64,000 nt of DNA, from NCBI GenBank assembly GCA_002633005.1, contig NMRA01000465.1, forward strand, positions 284,472-348,471, in the 5' to 3' direction. The notes beneath the pieces are model-generated. The model did no database searches. It saw only the letters and a program-made list of their open reading frames with translations, and was not told where the DNA came from. Origin of the DNA: Phoronis australis (lineage: Eukaryota > Animalia > Phoronida). The position numbers were made by a program, and so were the translations under genes. This document shows positions 12,950-27,160 of this stretch, in pieces (within the stretch, counting starts at the first letter, position 1; each line of letters starts with the position of its first letter).

Positions 12950-13550
12950 ACGACAAGGATCGTTTTCACACTTCCTTTACCGGAAAACGACAAATTCGTT
13001 GACTGGACTGTTGAGGGCGTTAGGTTTGAAAAGGTGCTTGAATTTTACTTTTCTTGTTTTGTCACGAAAAAGACATCCCACTACTCCATAAAGTTCTCGA
13101 GTCTGAGTAAGTCTTGGAAGGACTTGAGTAAAGTTTGGTTGTTTGCCATTTTTAAGCGCCCACATATACGCGCGGGTACCCTTATACATTCTTGTCATCT
13201 CTGTACGTCCGGCCTGCGTCCTCTTCTACGTGTATATTTTCTAAACGACTTGCCGAATCTCCTGTGAATTTACCAGATACTTGCATGTTTCTGTCAATGA
13301 GGCTGGCAACAGATAATTACTATTTCTAGACTGAACCGACTCCTGGTGCGTACAATTGTAAAAAGTGTATTTTTTTACTTTTGTCTCTGTATCGGCCCAA
13401 TTCCTTGACGGATTTCCAAGGATTTCGGTAGACGAATTTCTATTCAGGTGACCACAGCACCGACATTCCGAAATTCCTGTGAATTTGACGATGTCCACCT
13501 CCCTATCCCTCAAACTGCTTTGTTTCGTTGATAAACAAATGTGGTTCTAT
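12950..13550 (-). mobile_element. Possible LINE ORF1 remnant
   Basis: KFTGISE...NWADTETKVKK and YMWALKNGK resemble LINE ORF1 motifs; lies upstream of, and co-oriented with, the endonuclease remnant. Confidence 0.3.
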
Positions 13551-14574
13551 GGAGAAGATAACGACAGCTGCAACAACTCTGGTCGCTTCCAGTAATACGG
13601 CTTTTTGTATCCGCAGCTGTATCTTTTTAACAATTTTGAAATTTGGCAGGTGTATTCCTATAAATCGTAGTCTGGATCGATTTCAATATCACCGAGCCAT
13701 AAATTGGCCATTTTCTTACTTGGCGGAATTCTTCCGCCAAGTATGTTGGTCTGACAGAAAGTTTTTTTTGTTTGTTTGCTCTCTACAGGTCGCAATTTTG
13801 GTCCGATTTTCACGAAATTTGCACACAACATGTAGATCTGGAAGTACTAGAACGCTATTGTTTTTGGTTATGATCAGATACAAAATGGCGGACGTGGCGG
13901 CCATTTTGTATCCGATTTCACAGTCAAATACTCGTTTTTTGTACCTTCGCAGTTCCTTGGTGGACTTTTAAAAATTTTGGCAAATATCTCTCTTTTAAGG
14001 AGATACCTATGCGTTTTCATTTTAGACAAATTCCACGTAATCTGCGCCACTTAGCAGCCATTTTATTTATTTGCGAGTGTTGTTTTTGGTGTCTGTCCCG
14101 CCGTCACCAATCATCAATTTAATTACTCTCGAGTCTCGTTTTGTTGTCCTCCTCGCCATATGTCAAATCGCTTATGAACATTTGCAGATGGACTCCTGCT
14201 GAAAAGACCATTTCTAACGTTAATTTTTGAACCGCTCCGACTGCTGTGGCGCATACGGCTTGATGTATTTGCACGCACCTAACTATGCTAATGTTTAGCA
14301 GAAACTAAACGACAATGCTATTTTAACATAATCTACGCTAACAAAGTGCATTTGTATTTGTTGTCAACTTGTAAAAGAGAAAACAAAAAATCTCCAAACA
14401 GTTGACCTTTGCACTAATGACGTACCTCGCGGGCTCACATTGTGCAGTCTCATTCTCCAACACCACGTCACGATTCTTACTTGACACTGTTCAGTGATTT
14501 GCGGAACAACATTTTCGCTTAAAAACTCGTTCTTAATAACATTTGTCATATTCTTAAGTTTATTTGAATAACAA

Positions 14575-15710
14575 AATTGAGAGTGTGAAGAGAGAATTCT
14601 GATGTATTAATTAAAACTTATGAGTGAAAATGATGTATATATTTTTGACAAGTCTTCAAAAATTTCATGAATAAAAAGACTACTTACATTTGAAACAAAA
14701 CGGGTGAAATTATTTGAACATAAATCGGCAATTGCAAAGTCAAATATTATAAATTTTGGAAATGATCATATTAGAAATCATACCGAAGTAGTCAATCCTT
14801 TTTGGAACGAAGTTCTAAGTAGGATAACTGGTCCTTTTTCGTAAGTAAACAGATGCGAATGATTTACTCTCAACACGTTTATGACACAAGGATGAAATAA
14901 TAAGACAGAAAATCTATCACAATTGCAGTTTAAAATTAATACCTTTTAATATCCGTATTTTTTAAACTGTCCGTCAATATATAAAATGTCATAATTATGA
15001 AATTGTTCGCAGAACAAAAGTTTGCCTATTGCCTAAAAAGGATTCAAAAGAAAAAGGTTACAACTTTGAAAGTGATGAGTGGAAAAATGTATTTTCATTG
15101 TATTTTAAATCTATTTTCGATTTCAAGTTATGTACACTGCAGTTTAAACTATTACACAGAATACTAGCAACGAACTCTTTTCTTAAAAAATAACTTTATG
15201 GACTCTGATGTTTGTACTTTCTACCAGTCAAAAATTGAAACAATATATCACACCCTTTTCAAATACAATAATATAAAATATTGATAGAAGAATAACGCAG
15301 TTAGGTGTTGTGGGTAAAAAGTACGAAGTTGATTGACAAAAACAGTGATTTTGGCTGACCCATAAGTAACTAAAATAAAGTTTTAAACTCGATTATTTTG
15401 AAATTAGAATATTTTATTTACGTATCTAAATGTAAAAAATAATTCACAGCATCTGTCAATTACGTAAGATATTAGAAGGAGAATTTAATATTCAAAGAAG
15501 AACTTTATTAAATAATGATGAATGAATACCGGGTAACCAGCAGAACCATAACTTTTCCTGACAACATCGTAGCTAAAGTGGGCGGGTATGTTGAGAGGAG
15601 CGGGTGTGTGCATGCGTCCGTGTGGTGAGAGTGAGATGGGCTTACGTTTTTTGTCTCTCATGTCTTTGTATTTATGTTCTTTATACCAATAGGGAAATTT
15701 AAAAAAAGTC
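14575..15710 (+). mobile_element. Degenerate L1/Tx1-type LINE 3' region
   Basis: LQFKLLHRILATNSFLKK...DSDVCTF...IETIYH (zf-RVT-like); GT-rich 3' UTR and A-rich end. Confidence 0.7.
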
Positions 15711-16300
15711 CAACCTACTTCATATTAACATCGTCGCTATATGTTGTGCGTCAAAGTAATTAGGTCAGGCAATCTCGGAGACAAAGAATTAGCGTGCAAG
15801 TTTCACTTTCATGAAGGTGACAAGGGATGACGACTTGTTTCGGAAGGATCCGACATTTTTACTTTAGCTTTTGTATATTAACAGTTCCTTGACGGTTTTC
15901 ATGAAATTCAGCTAAGGGATTATACTTGGGAGGCTAATATGCTTTGCCATTTTTGGACGGGTTCGACGTATTCTGTGCCACATAGTGACCATCGTATGAT
16001 ACTAATGAACAATAGAGTCATACAGTTTGCGGTGCAGTCGTGGGCGTGTTTCTACTGTAGTTACCAGAGTATTAATAGACGCAATGAGAAAGTTTTCCGC
16101 ATTCATCGGTGCATTGTTGCAGCGACGATTACGTATGAGTGTAATTTTTGCGAGAAGATTGTAAAGCGATTTCACAGGATGATGAGTGTAAAATGTATAA
16201 GAATATCATCCGATCTGCGCCTTTACTTTTGGAATCAAACCGTGTTCCCCACATTGGATGTTGTGTAAAAGTCAAAATATCTCATTCTCCATTGTTGCAG

Positions 16301-16459
16301 GTTATGATCGTTTTCAAGACAGAAACTGCAAGAAAATTAAAGACATGGGGGAGTGCGAAAACGTCAGTCCATTCCGCCCGTTTATTGCCAAGAATTATTG
16401 CGCCAAAACTTGCAATCTCTGCGACAAAGAAATTGATCCACCTTTTGGAGCGCCACAAG
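16301..16459 (+). CDS. Gene 1 exon with one ShK domain (first Cys split across the upstream intron)
   Basis: ttgcag|GT...CAAG|gtacaa, 159 nt. (C)YDRFQDRNCKKIKDMGECENVSPFRPFIAKNYCAKTCNLCDKEIDPPFGAPQ. Confidence 0.9.
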
Positions 16460-16934
16460 GTACAAGTGTGATTTAAATAATTTAAGTGTGGAGTGCTGTT
16501 AAGATCATGCAAAAATCCGTACATAGAGGATAACACTTTGTCACGGATCATACTATGCGTTTTAGGTTACTTTCAAATGGTTATTATTACTAAGATGCAG
16601 TTGAAACAAATTTGATGCCGTTGATTAGCTTAAGTAGGTACCTCCAGTTTTTAATGGGAATCAGATCAGTGTAGTTGCGACCAGCGGTGTTGTAAGTCGT
16701 TCTTTTTGAAGCTACTGGATAATTAAATGTTTTGTATTTTGGATAAAATCATTTATTGCCTTAGAAACATGAAAAACGCATTTCTTGAAATTTAGCCTTG
16801 AATTTCACACTTTGGGGTCGGAGTATGCTAGGGTCAAAGAGCAACAATGAAGAAAACTTATCGTGCTTTGCATGTGTGAATCTCAGCTGATGTCATGTTT
16901 GCACATTAGAACTTCAATATGTTTTTGACCTCTA

Positions 16935-17232
16935 TTGTAAAACTTAAATTCGGTTTCTTCAGTGACAGCACTGCTTTCAAAGAGGCCGTCAACAACAAAA
17001 TATGAAACAGTAATATAGCACAATAAAATATTAAAAAACAATAATTAAATACATGTAACGAAGAAATTGTTAAAATATGTTGAGAATTTAGATACTAAAT
17101 GAATGATGAAAATTTGACTAAAAGAGATGAAATAAATAAAGAGATGATACTAAATAATGAGAGTATGTACAGTAATGAAAAATAACATAATTCAGACAGA
17201 TTAAGTAAGAATGGGTCAGTAAATTACAGCAG

Positions 17233-17317
<85 letters not shown>

Positions 17318-18870
17318 AGCAGCAAAAGATCTGTTGCTGGTCTTGGTTTTAATATTTTAAAAGAATCGTTACCAAAAACGAATGCACGTTGTGAGTATAG
17401 AGCTTGATTGCTACTGAATTTACGGCTAGGTATGGTGGAGCAAGGTCATTGACACATCTGTACATGCAGCAGGCAGGTATATGTATTTATATGTTTTGCT
17501 TCATAAATTCAAACTTGGACTTCAAGTCGTCGACCCGTGTGTCCCCGGGTCTAGTAACCAGCCCTGGTTGCTCTATTTGTGATTAGTGTGTCGTTGTTAT
17601 GTCCGCAAACCGGTAAACAATAAACAATATGATGCTGAATAATAGGATGGTAAAGTGTCTTAAGAGTGCTGACATTAAGAAATTAACATAGACATTTAAT
17701 TACGTCGATTTTCTTTAATAGTTTCTTTGCTATGTGATGTTTGTGCATATTAATTTTAAGGTTTGCAACTAAAACAATCCCAATTACTTAAACTTGTCGA
17801 CACTCTGCATAGGGAAACTGTTTACACTAAAGAGACAGATTCTTTTGTTTTCGTTTCTGGTGGGTTCCCTACAGTATACCCTAGTTTTCCTAACGTTAAG
17901 AGTGAGTTTATTTTGAAGCAGCCAAGCATGCCGGATAAGGGCTAGCTCATCGTTGAGAGAAGTTTCAAGTTATGTTACTGATCCAGTTGTGGACATAATT
18001 GCAGTGCCATCAGCATATAAAACTGGTACACTGTTGTGGAGGATAGTAAGTAGATGGTTAACAAAAATAGTGAATAACAGAGGGATCAGAATGGAGCCCT
18101 GAGGTACGCCCGTGATAACGGTTGAGAAGTCCGTAAGAATATTACCGTATTTGGTAGCCTGTTTGCTGTCGTATTAGCTTTTAAACCAAAAGAGTTCGTT
18201 TTTGTTAGCTCCACAGGACTCGAGTTTCTTTAATAGGGTACCATGGTCCACGTTGTCTTAAGGTCAACAAAAATCTGGAAGCCTTTACTGATCCATATTC
18301 ATTTGTTAAAGATAAAATCAGTCGCTTGAATGATTGTAGTCAGAGTAGAATGTTGGGGGCGGAAAGCAGTCTGTACTGTCGATAGAATGGAAATTTCCTC
18401 CAGGAACTGGTGAAGCTGCTTTTGGACACACTTTTCAAGAAATTTGAACACTGCAGAACGGACCGATATTGGTCTATAATTATCGCAACTAGACTTGTCA
18501 CCGTCTTTAAAAACAGGAGTAACTACCGCCGTCTTCCATTTATTAGGAACTGTGGCCGTTTTTCAACTTTAACTTAAAAGTTTATGATATTGGTAGGGGG
18601 CTCAATTCCAGTTGAACTATGGGACGTGATTATTAGTTACACCGATGAAGCTTTGCTTGAAAATGGACCAAGCGATATCGGGGTCATCAGCTGTGGTAAG
18701 GGCGCCCCAATCAATTGCATGTAGCACTTGTTAATTCATGGCGGAAACTTAGGAAGACAAGTCTTATACGCTGTGAATACAAGATTATGATCACTAATCC
18801 CAATGGGTATACTATCAAACTTAAACATTTTTGTCAATATCCAACTCCATGTCCACAAACATACGCGTTT
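16935..18870 (-). mobile_element. Degenerate CR1/L2-like LINE
   Basis: Minus-strand motifs ISDHNLV (APE), KWKTAVVTPVFKDGDKSSCDNYRPIS, GVPQGSIL, LYADG and CVNDLAPPYL; 3' end GGCCTCTTTGAAAGCAG...CTGAAG. Confidence 0.8.
17227..17323 (+). repeat. (CAG)n microsatellite, about 32 imperfect units
   Basis: Read directly from the sequence; intronic, inside the CR1-like fragment. Confidence 0.95.
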
Positions 18871-19797
18871 CTTGTATAAACTTGAGACACATCCGCGCTT
18901 CTCCGGTGTTCCGTGGGAAAGTGAAGAGATCGCAAATATCAACGCTTCCACATTCCTTATTATACCACAAAAGACAGGGAAACAAGTACGATGTCTAATC
19001 GGACGGCTTTCACACTAAACACAATGGAGGATGGCCAGTGCTGTAATGGGTCGACTCGATTTTACGTAATTATATGTTTCGACCAAGAAATGCTCCTACC
19101 TCGAGATCAGCTAATTTACACATCATCAGATAGTGTTTGGTGTGTCCTATCTTAACAGCTGCTCGATTGGTGGGATTGTTTTTGGTGTTTTTGATATGCA
19201 CTTGGCGATTTTAAGCAGTCAGATATATTAGTCTTGCTAATGATGTACGGTACTACAAATTGATACGGCAACGTCTTACGGAGACTACAGTGTAAGGAAT
19301 GTTATACCGAATGGTCTTGGTCTACTCTGCTTGTACGTGATGCAAAATATCAACGCATGATGTAATTAAGTAGTCCAAATTGTGAAGGATTAAACACTTC
19401 AATACGTACAAGTACAAGTACGTCTGCGAATGCTCCCTGTTGAATCAGTGAAAAACAGTCCATTTATTAACATAGAAGACTTAATCAAAAGCGGTTGCGG
19501 ATCCAGGATTTTGAGTTAGGGAGGACGAGGGCAGAGTATTAGCTAGTAGGCCTTTGCCCTTCTGAAATTCGCACTCCGAACTGCCAAATGGAATCTGGGA
19601 GAATTTTTGGGGGGCATGGCCCCCTTGACCCCCTATAAATCCGACACTGAAGCTGTGCATATAAATGAATGGATTACGTTTATTTGTTAATTTCTTGGAA
19701 AAAAGCACGGAATCGTTTGGTTGATGTAGATGATGCATGTGCCTCTAAATACGGGGACAGTATTACATTATATGACCGTTTAGTACCCCTTGTTTAG

Positions 19798-19941
19798 TTC
19801 CAGGAATCTGTATTGATGTACTCACGCCACAATATGGCAAAACGACAACCAAGTTGTGCCAACTGTATGCAGTGCATGGGTTTTGCAACAAAAACAAGGA
19901 AATACAAAGAGAGTGCTACAATACGTGTTACTGTGAAACAT
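19798..19941 (+). CDS. Gene 1 exon with one ShK-like domain
   Basis: gtttag|TT...ACAT|gtgagt, 144 nt; an alternative in-frame acceptor gives a start at 19804. PGICIDVLTPQYGKTTTKLCQLYAVHGFCNKNKEIQRECYNTCYCET. Confidence 0.85.
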
Positions 19942-21916
19942 GTGAGTTGGTTTTCAGACAGTATAGTTCAGATGAGCATGACAAAGACATTTGTGCTATT
20001 TATCTCCATTGGCTGCTGCAGAGAACACCACTGAAGAAAACATATGGGTTATAAGCAAAATCCCCAGCCTATTTTCACAGATATAGAGAATCCTTGCCGA
20101 GGGATTTTGACGAAATTTCCAAGAAGTTTTGGCAATGTCATTAAGCCTAGACAAGTATAGCATTTTTCTCACATGAACCGTGAAAACGACCATTTTTGCC
20201 GAAAAACGACTTGTCTTAAACTTTCAACTACACGACGCCACTTTTGTAATAGTTTTATTGATAGTTTTATTTTAAACTTAACAATTGTAAATACGCATTC
20301 AGCTTTCGTAACAATATATAAGTTAGAATCTAATAAATGGTCTTCGAGGTTGTAATATTAAAGCTTAGCACATGTTTACAAATAACAGTCAGCAGGATTC
20401 CCCGCGCGTGAGTACTAAATTGACCTTGAGACAGCACAGCTAGGCAGTCTCTCCGCGGTTCTTGAGTTGGGGGTTCGTCTCGGTTTGAATGAAGGTGGAT
20501 ATGGAATTCGCCGCCGAAGATGGGTCCGTTTAAGAAGTGTTTGCATGTCCTTCCGACTGCTAGTATGTACAGTTTCGGAATTCCGGCATTGTTTGGTTAC
20601 CGCGCGTTTGATTGTTTTAGTGTTTTGCAGACGATAAAATATATGGAGTATGGATTTCTTAGCACTACTTTGTGATTCGCCCATGTAATATCAAAAACAT
20701 ACGTACTCGGTGTCATTAACCAGTCGTGTCGTAACACATTCCAGGTCATTTGAGAAAACATGATACATGTACTTGTATCCATGTTAAGTGAACAGCAGTA
20801 TCAAGACGGTGAAATTTTTAAAACGCAGGCTTTCAACCTGTACTTTCAAGGTCATCAGGGTTAACTTGGTAATCGCTCAATAAACTAAAAGTTCGCAAGT
20901 TCAAAGCCACACAAGTCGGACAAAATATTCGGGCGTTTTAAAAAGGTCGTGCGTCCGAACGTTCACAGTTGGAGTAACAGTAAATGATTGTAAGCTCGCA
21001 TGTTCGCAATGTCGACAAAACGTAGTGTGTCCGTTACTCAAAATAAACGTGAACGTCCAGAAATCTGAATTCCTAAGTCTGAAGGCTCGTTTCTCCGAAA
21101 ACTAGTAGCGCAAAGCCGTCCACAACGGAAAAGCAAAACATATTGATGTACAACGACAATTTAAACCTCTCAATCATTGCTATAATTGAAATTCATTTCC
21201 AAAGAAATCTGTTTCAAACATGACAAGCCCACATGAATTCCAAATCAATGCGTTCAAAAGCGCAGTCCAGAGCTTTGTTTCCGACGTTAATAAGCTCATA
21301 CGAGGCTGATCTGAAAAAAAAGAAAACTAACGCCTCGTCAGCTCTTCCTGAGCTAAGAAGTCACGTATGATTATTTGGGTACGGGAACAAGACCAAGTTT
21401 ATAATGGTAATTGTCCTAAATCAAAATTTATACAAAAAGCACGGGTTTAATGGTTTAAAACGTACTCAGTATTAACAGTCTTGAACCGGAAAACAAGTTC
21501 AGCATGGAAACCGACCGAAACACAAAATAAATTTCAAAATCGTTTGAAAATCGCTATGTAACGCGCACCTTAGCGCGTAAAATTCGAACGTGTATTAAAA
21601 AATTGCGCGAACAAAGCATTTGGCACATTATTTTATTCACTTGCTTCCTGTTCTTTGCCATGCACACATCTTTCATAAAATAGGTATATAACAGTCAAAT
21701 TGTTAGTACCCCGTTCTAAGTTTATGTTTATTCTGCATCTCGTTCATTACTACGCGTTTATTTTCAACTGACAAACCTACATTCAATTTCGCAAATGGAC
21801 ATAATGTTTTACTTACAATAGTCCTGGAGAAGGAGCAAACACACAACGACTCTGTCCATATCTTCCACTCCCCAAACCGTAATTTCCGTCTTCAGTTATC
21901 AAATTTAAAATCCCCC

Positions 21917-23571
21917 TTATTATGCACCCACATGTTTATATGCGAACGTCATCTCCGTCCGTCCGTCCGTCCGTCCGTCAGTCCGTCCGTCCGTCCGTCC
22001 GTCCGGCGTCCGCTGCTCTATCGCCAAAACGCCTTGACGCATGTTCATGAAATTTTGCACATGTGTTCCTTTCGTGGATGGAACGGAATGAGCGAACTTT
22101 AGGACGGATCTAACTACCGGTGTGCCCCCTAGTGGCAATTTTAGTTTTTTACGTTTACCTCTGTATCTTTAAAAGTCCTGAAGGAATTTTTGTAAAATTT
22201 GGTATATAGGCGCATATTAGTGAGATGACACTGTCCTGCCGTTTTCGGATTCAACGTAGTTTGCGCAACGTGGTGGCCATTTATACTGTTTTCGAGTCTG
22301 TTTTTGCGTCCACCCCTCTATCAACCAAACCGCTCAAAGTATGATTGTGAAAGTTGGCATGTATGTTCTTGCTACGAAATGGATGATTTTCCGACGATTT
22401 CGACTACTGTGGCGCCTCCTAGTGGGAGCTATGTTTTTGCGCCTATGGCTGTATCTCCTAAACCGTTCGAAGATTCTTTACTAAATTAATTAAGTGTAGT
22501 TATATGATGTTGACAACAGACGATGACGACTTTCGTACGGATCTGAAGACTGGTGTGCCACCTAGTGGCAATTCTATTATTTACGTTTACCTCTATATTC
22601 AAAGGTCCTCAACGTATTTTCATAAACTTTGGCAAACAGGCATCTGTTAATGAGGTGACGCTAGCTCTCCGTTTTCAGATGGATTCGACCTATTTTGCGC
22701 CACCTATTGGCCATTTTTACTGTTTTCGAGTCTGGTTTTTGGCGTCCACTAATCTATCAACCAAATCGCTTTCAGGATAATTGTTAAAATTGGCATGTAT
22801 TTCTTTACTAGAAAGTGGACAGCTGACGATGATTTTCCGACGAGTTCGACTACTGTGGCGCCTCCTAGTGGCAGTTTGTTTTTTTGCGCTCATAGCTGTA
22901 TCTCCTAAATCGTTTGCAGGATCTTTACTTTATTTAGCATGTGTATTTATATGATTTTGACAAAGCACGTCGACGACTTTCGGACGGATCTGGCATAAAG
23001 TTTTGAATATAGGCATCTATTGGTGAGATGACGCTACCGTACTGTTTTGGATGGAATCGAGATATTTGCGCCACCTAGTGGCCATTTTTGCTGTTTCAAA
23101 ATCTTGTTTTTGGCGTCCACCCCTCGATCACTCAAATCATTCTAGGGATGGTTTTGAAAACTGGCGTATATGTTTTCAGTGTTAAGAGGACGTTTGATGT
23201 TGGCGACTGTCTACTGTGGCGCCTCGTAGTGTTAGTTTTGTTGTTCGCCCATAGTTGTATATCTAAAAGCCACTGCCGGATCTTTATTAAATTTAGTAAG
23301 TGAATTTATATGAAGATGACAGACGACGACTGTCAGGCGGATCGAACGGACGCTCTGCACACAAGTGGCAATTTCATTTTGTTCTGTTTTCCTTTTTTCA
23401 CTGAAGTTACTTGACAGATTTTTATGAATTATGGCAAGTTCCCGTTTTTGGATGGATTGTACGTTTTTGCGCCATCTACTGGCCATATTTATGATACAAA
23501 TAAATAACCCTAAAAGCACACCTTTTGCGATGCATTCGTGGGCGCATTTCAACGCTCCGCGTTGCTCTTGT
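21917..23571 (+). mobile_element. Helentron-associated non-autonomous element (HINE/DINE-1-like), apparently complete
   Basis: 5' subTIR ATGCACCCAC; (CCGT)n microsatellite at about 21955-22003; internal tandem array of about 145-bp subunits with GCGCCACCTAGTGGC motifs; 3' subTIR GTGGGCGCAT at 23538-23547; hairpin CAACGC-TCC-GCGTTG; terminal CTCTTGT. Confidence 0.8.
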
Positions 23572-24389
23572 ATAGACCGATTTGAGGAGCCCAAATTGGC
23601 CTTGCAGACCAACATTACCGACATACAATTTGTGATTGATACTCCTTGCAACAGTCTTTATCCTCCAGTGCATTGGTTGCAACAAGTGTTGACTCCCTGG
23701 CTCCACTTTTGACGCTGCAAAATATTGTTTTTCCCGCTAGCCGGTGACCTCCTCGCCTCAAACACTCGTTTTTGCGATATCTTTACAACTAACTAGGCTT
23801 TAGGACTGCCAACTGTAAAATTGGTTCCTACAGTAACTTAAGAGCATCGCTCTGAGTCCACTCACTAATGCCATAAATTGCCAAATGTAACGAACTGTCA
23901 GACGTATTGGCTTGCTTTTGTCTACGTCACTGAGAGAATCACCTTTTAATTCGAACAACTACGAATAACACCTTCATGCAATGGTGCTCTATTGAGACCC
24001 CTTTTGTTGTTTGTGCTCGGTGACGCAATATGGCACGAAAAGGCTACAGTTTCATCTATTATTTGACGGCTTATATTTGTGTGATTGAACTCGCGTTTTC
24101 TTATTTTATTAAGAATTTGCTAGGACTATCTGATTAGCTCAATACTTCTAAAACAACAAGATTCCGTTGAAGTTAGACTTTAATCGGAATGGCTGATGTT
24201 TGAAACCGCAATTGTTTAGTTTACATCAAAGGTCAAAGGTCAGTTTGTCCATACGACGGGAATGTGCTACGTCTATGTTTTGACATCAACAGAAATTCAA
24301 AGTCTTTAAGAACAAACCGCAAAAATATCCGGTGACAAGACTGAATTCTGTTTCAGTGGCGGAGAACCACTTCGAATATTACAACTTTT

Positions 24390-26480
24390 TTATTATTTAA
24401 TACATTTATTACAAAATACAGGAACATATACAAATATACACAGCACAACACAACACACAACAACGTACAGAACTGTGCAAAAAACGAGAAAGCATTTCAT
24501 TGTTACTTCAAAATTAGAAAGCACTACGTACACTTCTGTTCTGGCATCTGTTCAACACTCTGGCTCCCTTCATGTTTCAAAAACACACTTCCAATCTTCC
24601 CATTTGCTTGTATCATTAAATTTCCGTGTGTTTAACGAAGCACTAACTTCTACATTAAAACACACCCTCAAAAATTTTTTAAGACATCTTAAATTAGGTT
24701 TGACGTTTGCAAATTTCATTTTAAAAATGAAAATTTTAGTTTGTAAAAGGAACCAATTCAAAATTTTATTATGTTCATTTTGAAGACCAAATATAATGGT
24801 GGTTTTGTCTATTTCAAAATTTACTTGCATTGCAGTCATTAACCAGAGACGTACCCCTTGCCAGAAGGAATTAACATACTCACATTCAAAGAATAAATGC
24901 TCTAGAGTTTCGGGAAAGTATCTACAAAAAGTACAAGGATTTGAATTCCACATATCTAATCTCATTTAAAAAATAATTAGTAGGCGGAATTCTATGCAGT
25001 AAGCGGAACTGAAAGTAAGCTTTTATCATTCGTACATTCATGTGGAAGTTTGTAATAGAAATTCCACATCTTCTATGATAGTGAAAATCACAATACTTCG
25101 AATTTCTTTTGTGCCTATAGTATTGCCATTTTTGCACAGAATATGGTAAGAATCCCTACATCCCTTTTTCGTCAAAATAATATTTTTAGAGAAAAAGGTA
25201 CAAATGGTCCATATAACTTTTTTAGAATTAAGTTTTTGGAAAACGTAATCAAATATTTTTTATTGCACTAACAATTGAATTGTATTCGAGCAAGCTGACA
25301 TTAATCTGATGAATCGTCTGGAAACTTTCAAAGGTGTATAAGTTATCATTCCAGTCTAAAAATCATTTACAAGTATTATACATTTTTCAACGAATGACTC
25401 ATACAAGGGCTGTATTCCACCGTAATATTACTGTTGGCCCACACATTAATTGATACCGCATCTTCGTGACCTGAAATAGTTTGTTTGTGAACTAAAAGGC
25501 TCCAATACTGTATAGTAATAGTTACTGTTATCCGATCTAGTTAACCTATAGTCCCCACAGCTCAGCATTCTATCTCTGGTAAGCCCGATAACTTTTGCAA
25601 CACATACGTGCAAGGAGATGCTGTTCAAATGAATCTTCTAATCCATGAAATTTTTAAAGACATAATGAATTTTCTGACTTCAATCATCTTTAATCCACCA
25701 TCTTCTATGGATTTATTGAGTACCCCTCTTTTTATTTTATCAGGTTTTCCGCCCCAAATGAATTTAAAGAACAAAGTTTCAATATTGCCAAAAGTAGTAT
25801 CATTGGAACTTGGGAGTAACTTTAGCAGATGTATAATTTTTGGAGCACAAGTGTTTTTAATACTGTGACCTTTCCAAAGATAGTCAGCTTTCTACCAGAC
25901 CATATATTAATCAGATTCACCATTCCCTTATTTTTGCATCAAAGTTATCTTTGGACATAATTTCCAAGTTCACACTGAAATTAATATCCAGAAGCTCAAA
26001 ATCAACGTCACCCCATATTAGTTTCCAACGCGTGCAGTGAAACAGTTCTTGAGAGAATTTTCTACGTCTAATGTGAAAGTTGTGTCATCTGCGTATTGTG
26101 TTATAACGTAGTCTTCGTTGTCAATTTTAATACCTTTCGCTTCAATATCATGTTTAATCAATATGGACAAAATTTCAACACACAGTATAAAAATATAAGG
26201 GGAGAGAGGATCACCTTGTCTACATCCACGTTCCATTACGAAGTTGTCTGACAGAAATCATTTTGTATGACACGAGCAATTGGTTTAGTATAAAATGTTC
26301 TGATACATCGAATAATATTAGCTTTGAAATTACCCAGGAAACACTGTCAAAAGCCTTTTCAAAGTCTACCAACACAAGTAGTCGTGGAATGTTGTGTTTG
26401 TCTGTATAACTCGTAATATCATGAATTAGTCTCGTGTTCTCAGCCATAAATCTTTCTTTAATAAATCCAGTTTGGGTATT
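24390..26480 (-). mobile_element. L1/Tx1-type LINE, RT to 3' end, degenerate
   Basis: LVDFEKAFDSVSW, RGCRQGDPLSPYIF, QYADDTT, FQFRLLHRI and CTFC...ETLEHLFFEC; AATAAA-rich tail. Confidence 0.9.
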
Positions 26481-27037
26481 TGCAATCAGTTTGTTTATAT
26501 CTACGCATCCCGAAGCTAGTTTATATACACCATTCTATAAAGTTATTGGTCGCCAGTTTTTCAGAAACTGTTTCGGCTCTTCTGGTTTTGGAATATACTG
26601 TATGTAATAATCCCAGTCCGTTGAGTTGTAAATATTACAACTGTTTTTCGCGTTCCAGGTCAGTCTTTAACCTAACTCGATTCTGTAACCTTTTATTTAC
26701 AGCGAATTGGCTAATGGCATACAAGATCACTACATCTATACCGAGACTACTAAGAACAAGTATAAATTCTAGACAAAAAGGCATTGTTACCCGCCAATAA
26801 TGTTAATACGAGGCATGGCAAGAGCCAATACAAGTTACATAGGTTATACTTTACGGGGATGTATTAGAGTCAGGCACATTTCAAACGCTAATGGCGATCG
26901 TGACAACAAATATGAGAACGGTCATGATCACGTTTTCTTTTGCGCCTTTATTCTCGTTACCATTAGGCGTGCTTTCCTTTGCTACAAGTGGCACATTCCC
27001 AATAAAAGATATTAAATGTAATTCCTGATTTTTCCAG

Positions 27038-27160
27038 GCTTCAACACTTTCTCAGACGGCTATTGCGATGAAGCAGCTATCTTAGGACTGTGCTCTACAC
27101 CAGAATCAAACAAACTGTACTGTGCAAAAAGTTGTCGCTATTGTCTGAAAACGAAAAAAG
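27038..27160 (+). CDS. Gene 1 exon with one ShK domain (first Cys split T|GC)
   Basis: ttccag|GC...AAAG|gtggta, 123 nt. (C)FNTFSDGYCDEAAILGLCSTPESNKLYCAKSCRYCLKTKK. Confidence 0.88.

Noticed and set aside
17227-17323. Possible polyglutamine-coding exon
   Set aside because: No suitable splice sites or open frame; it lies in a decayed LINE within an intron.
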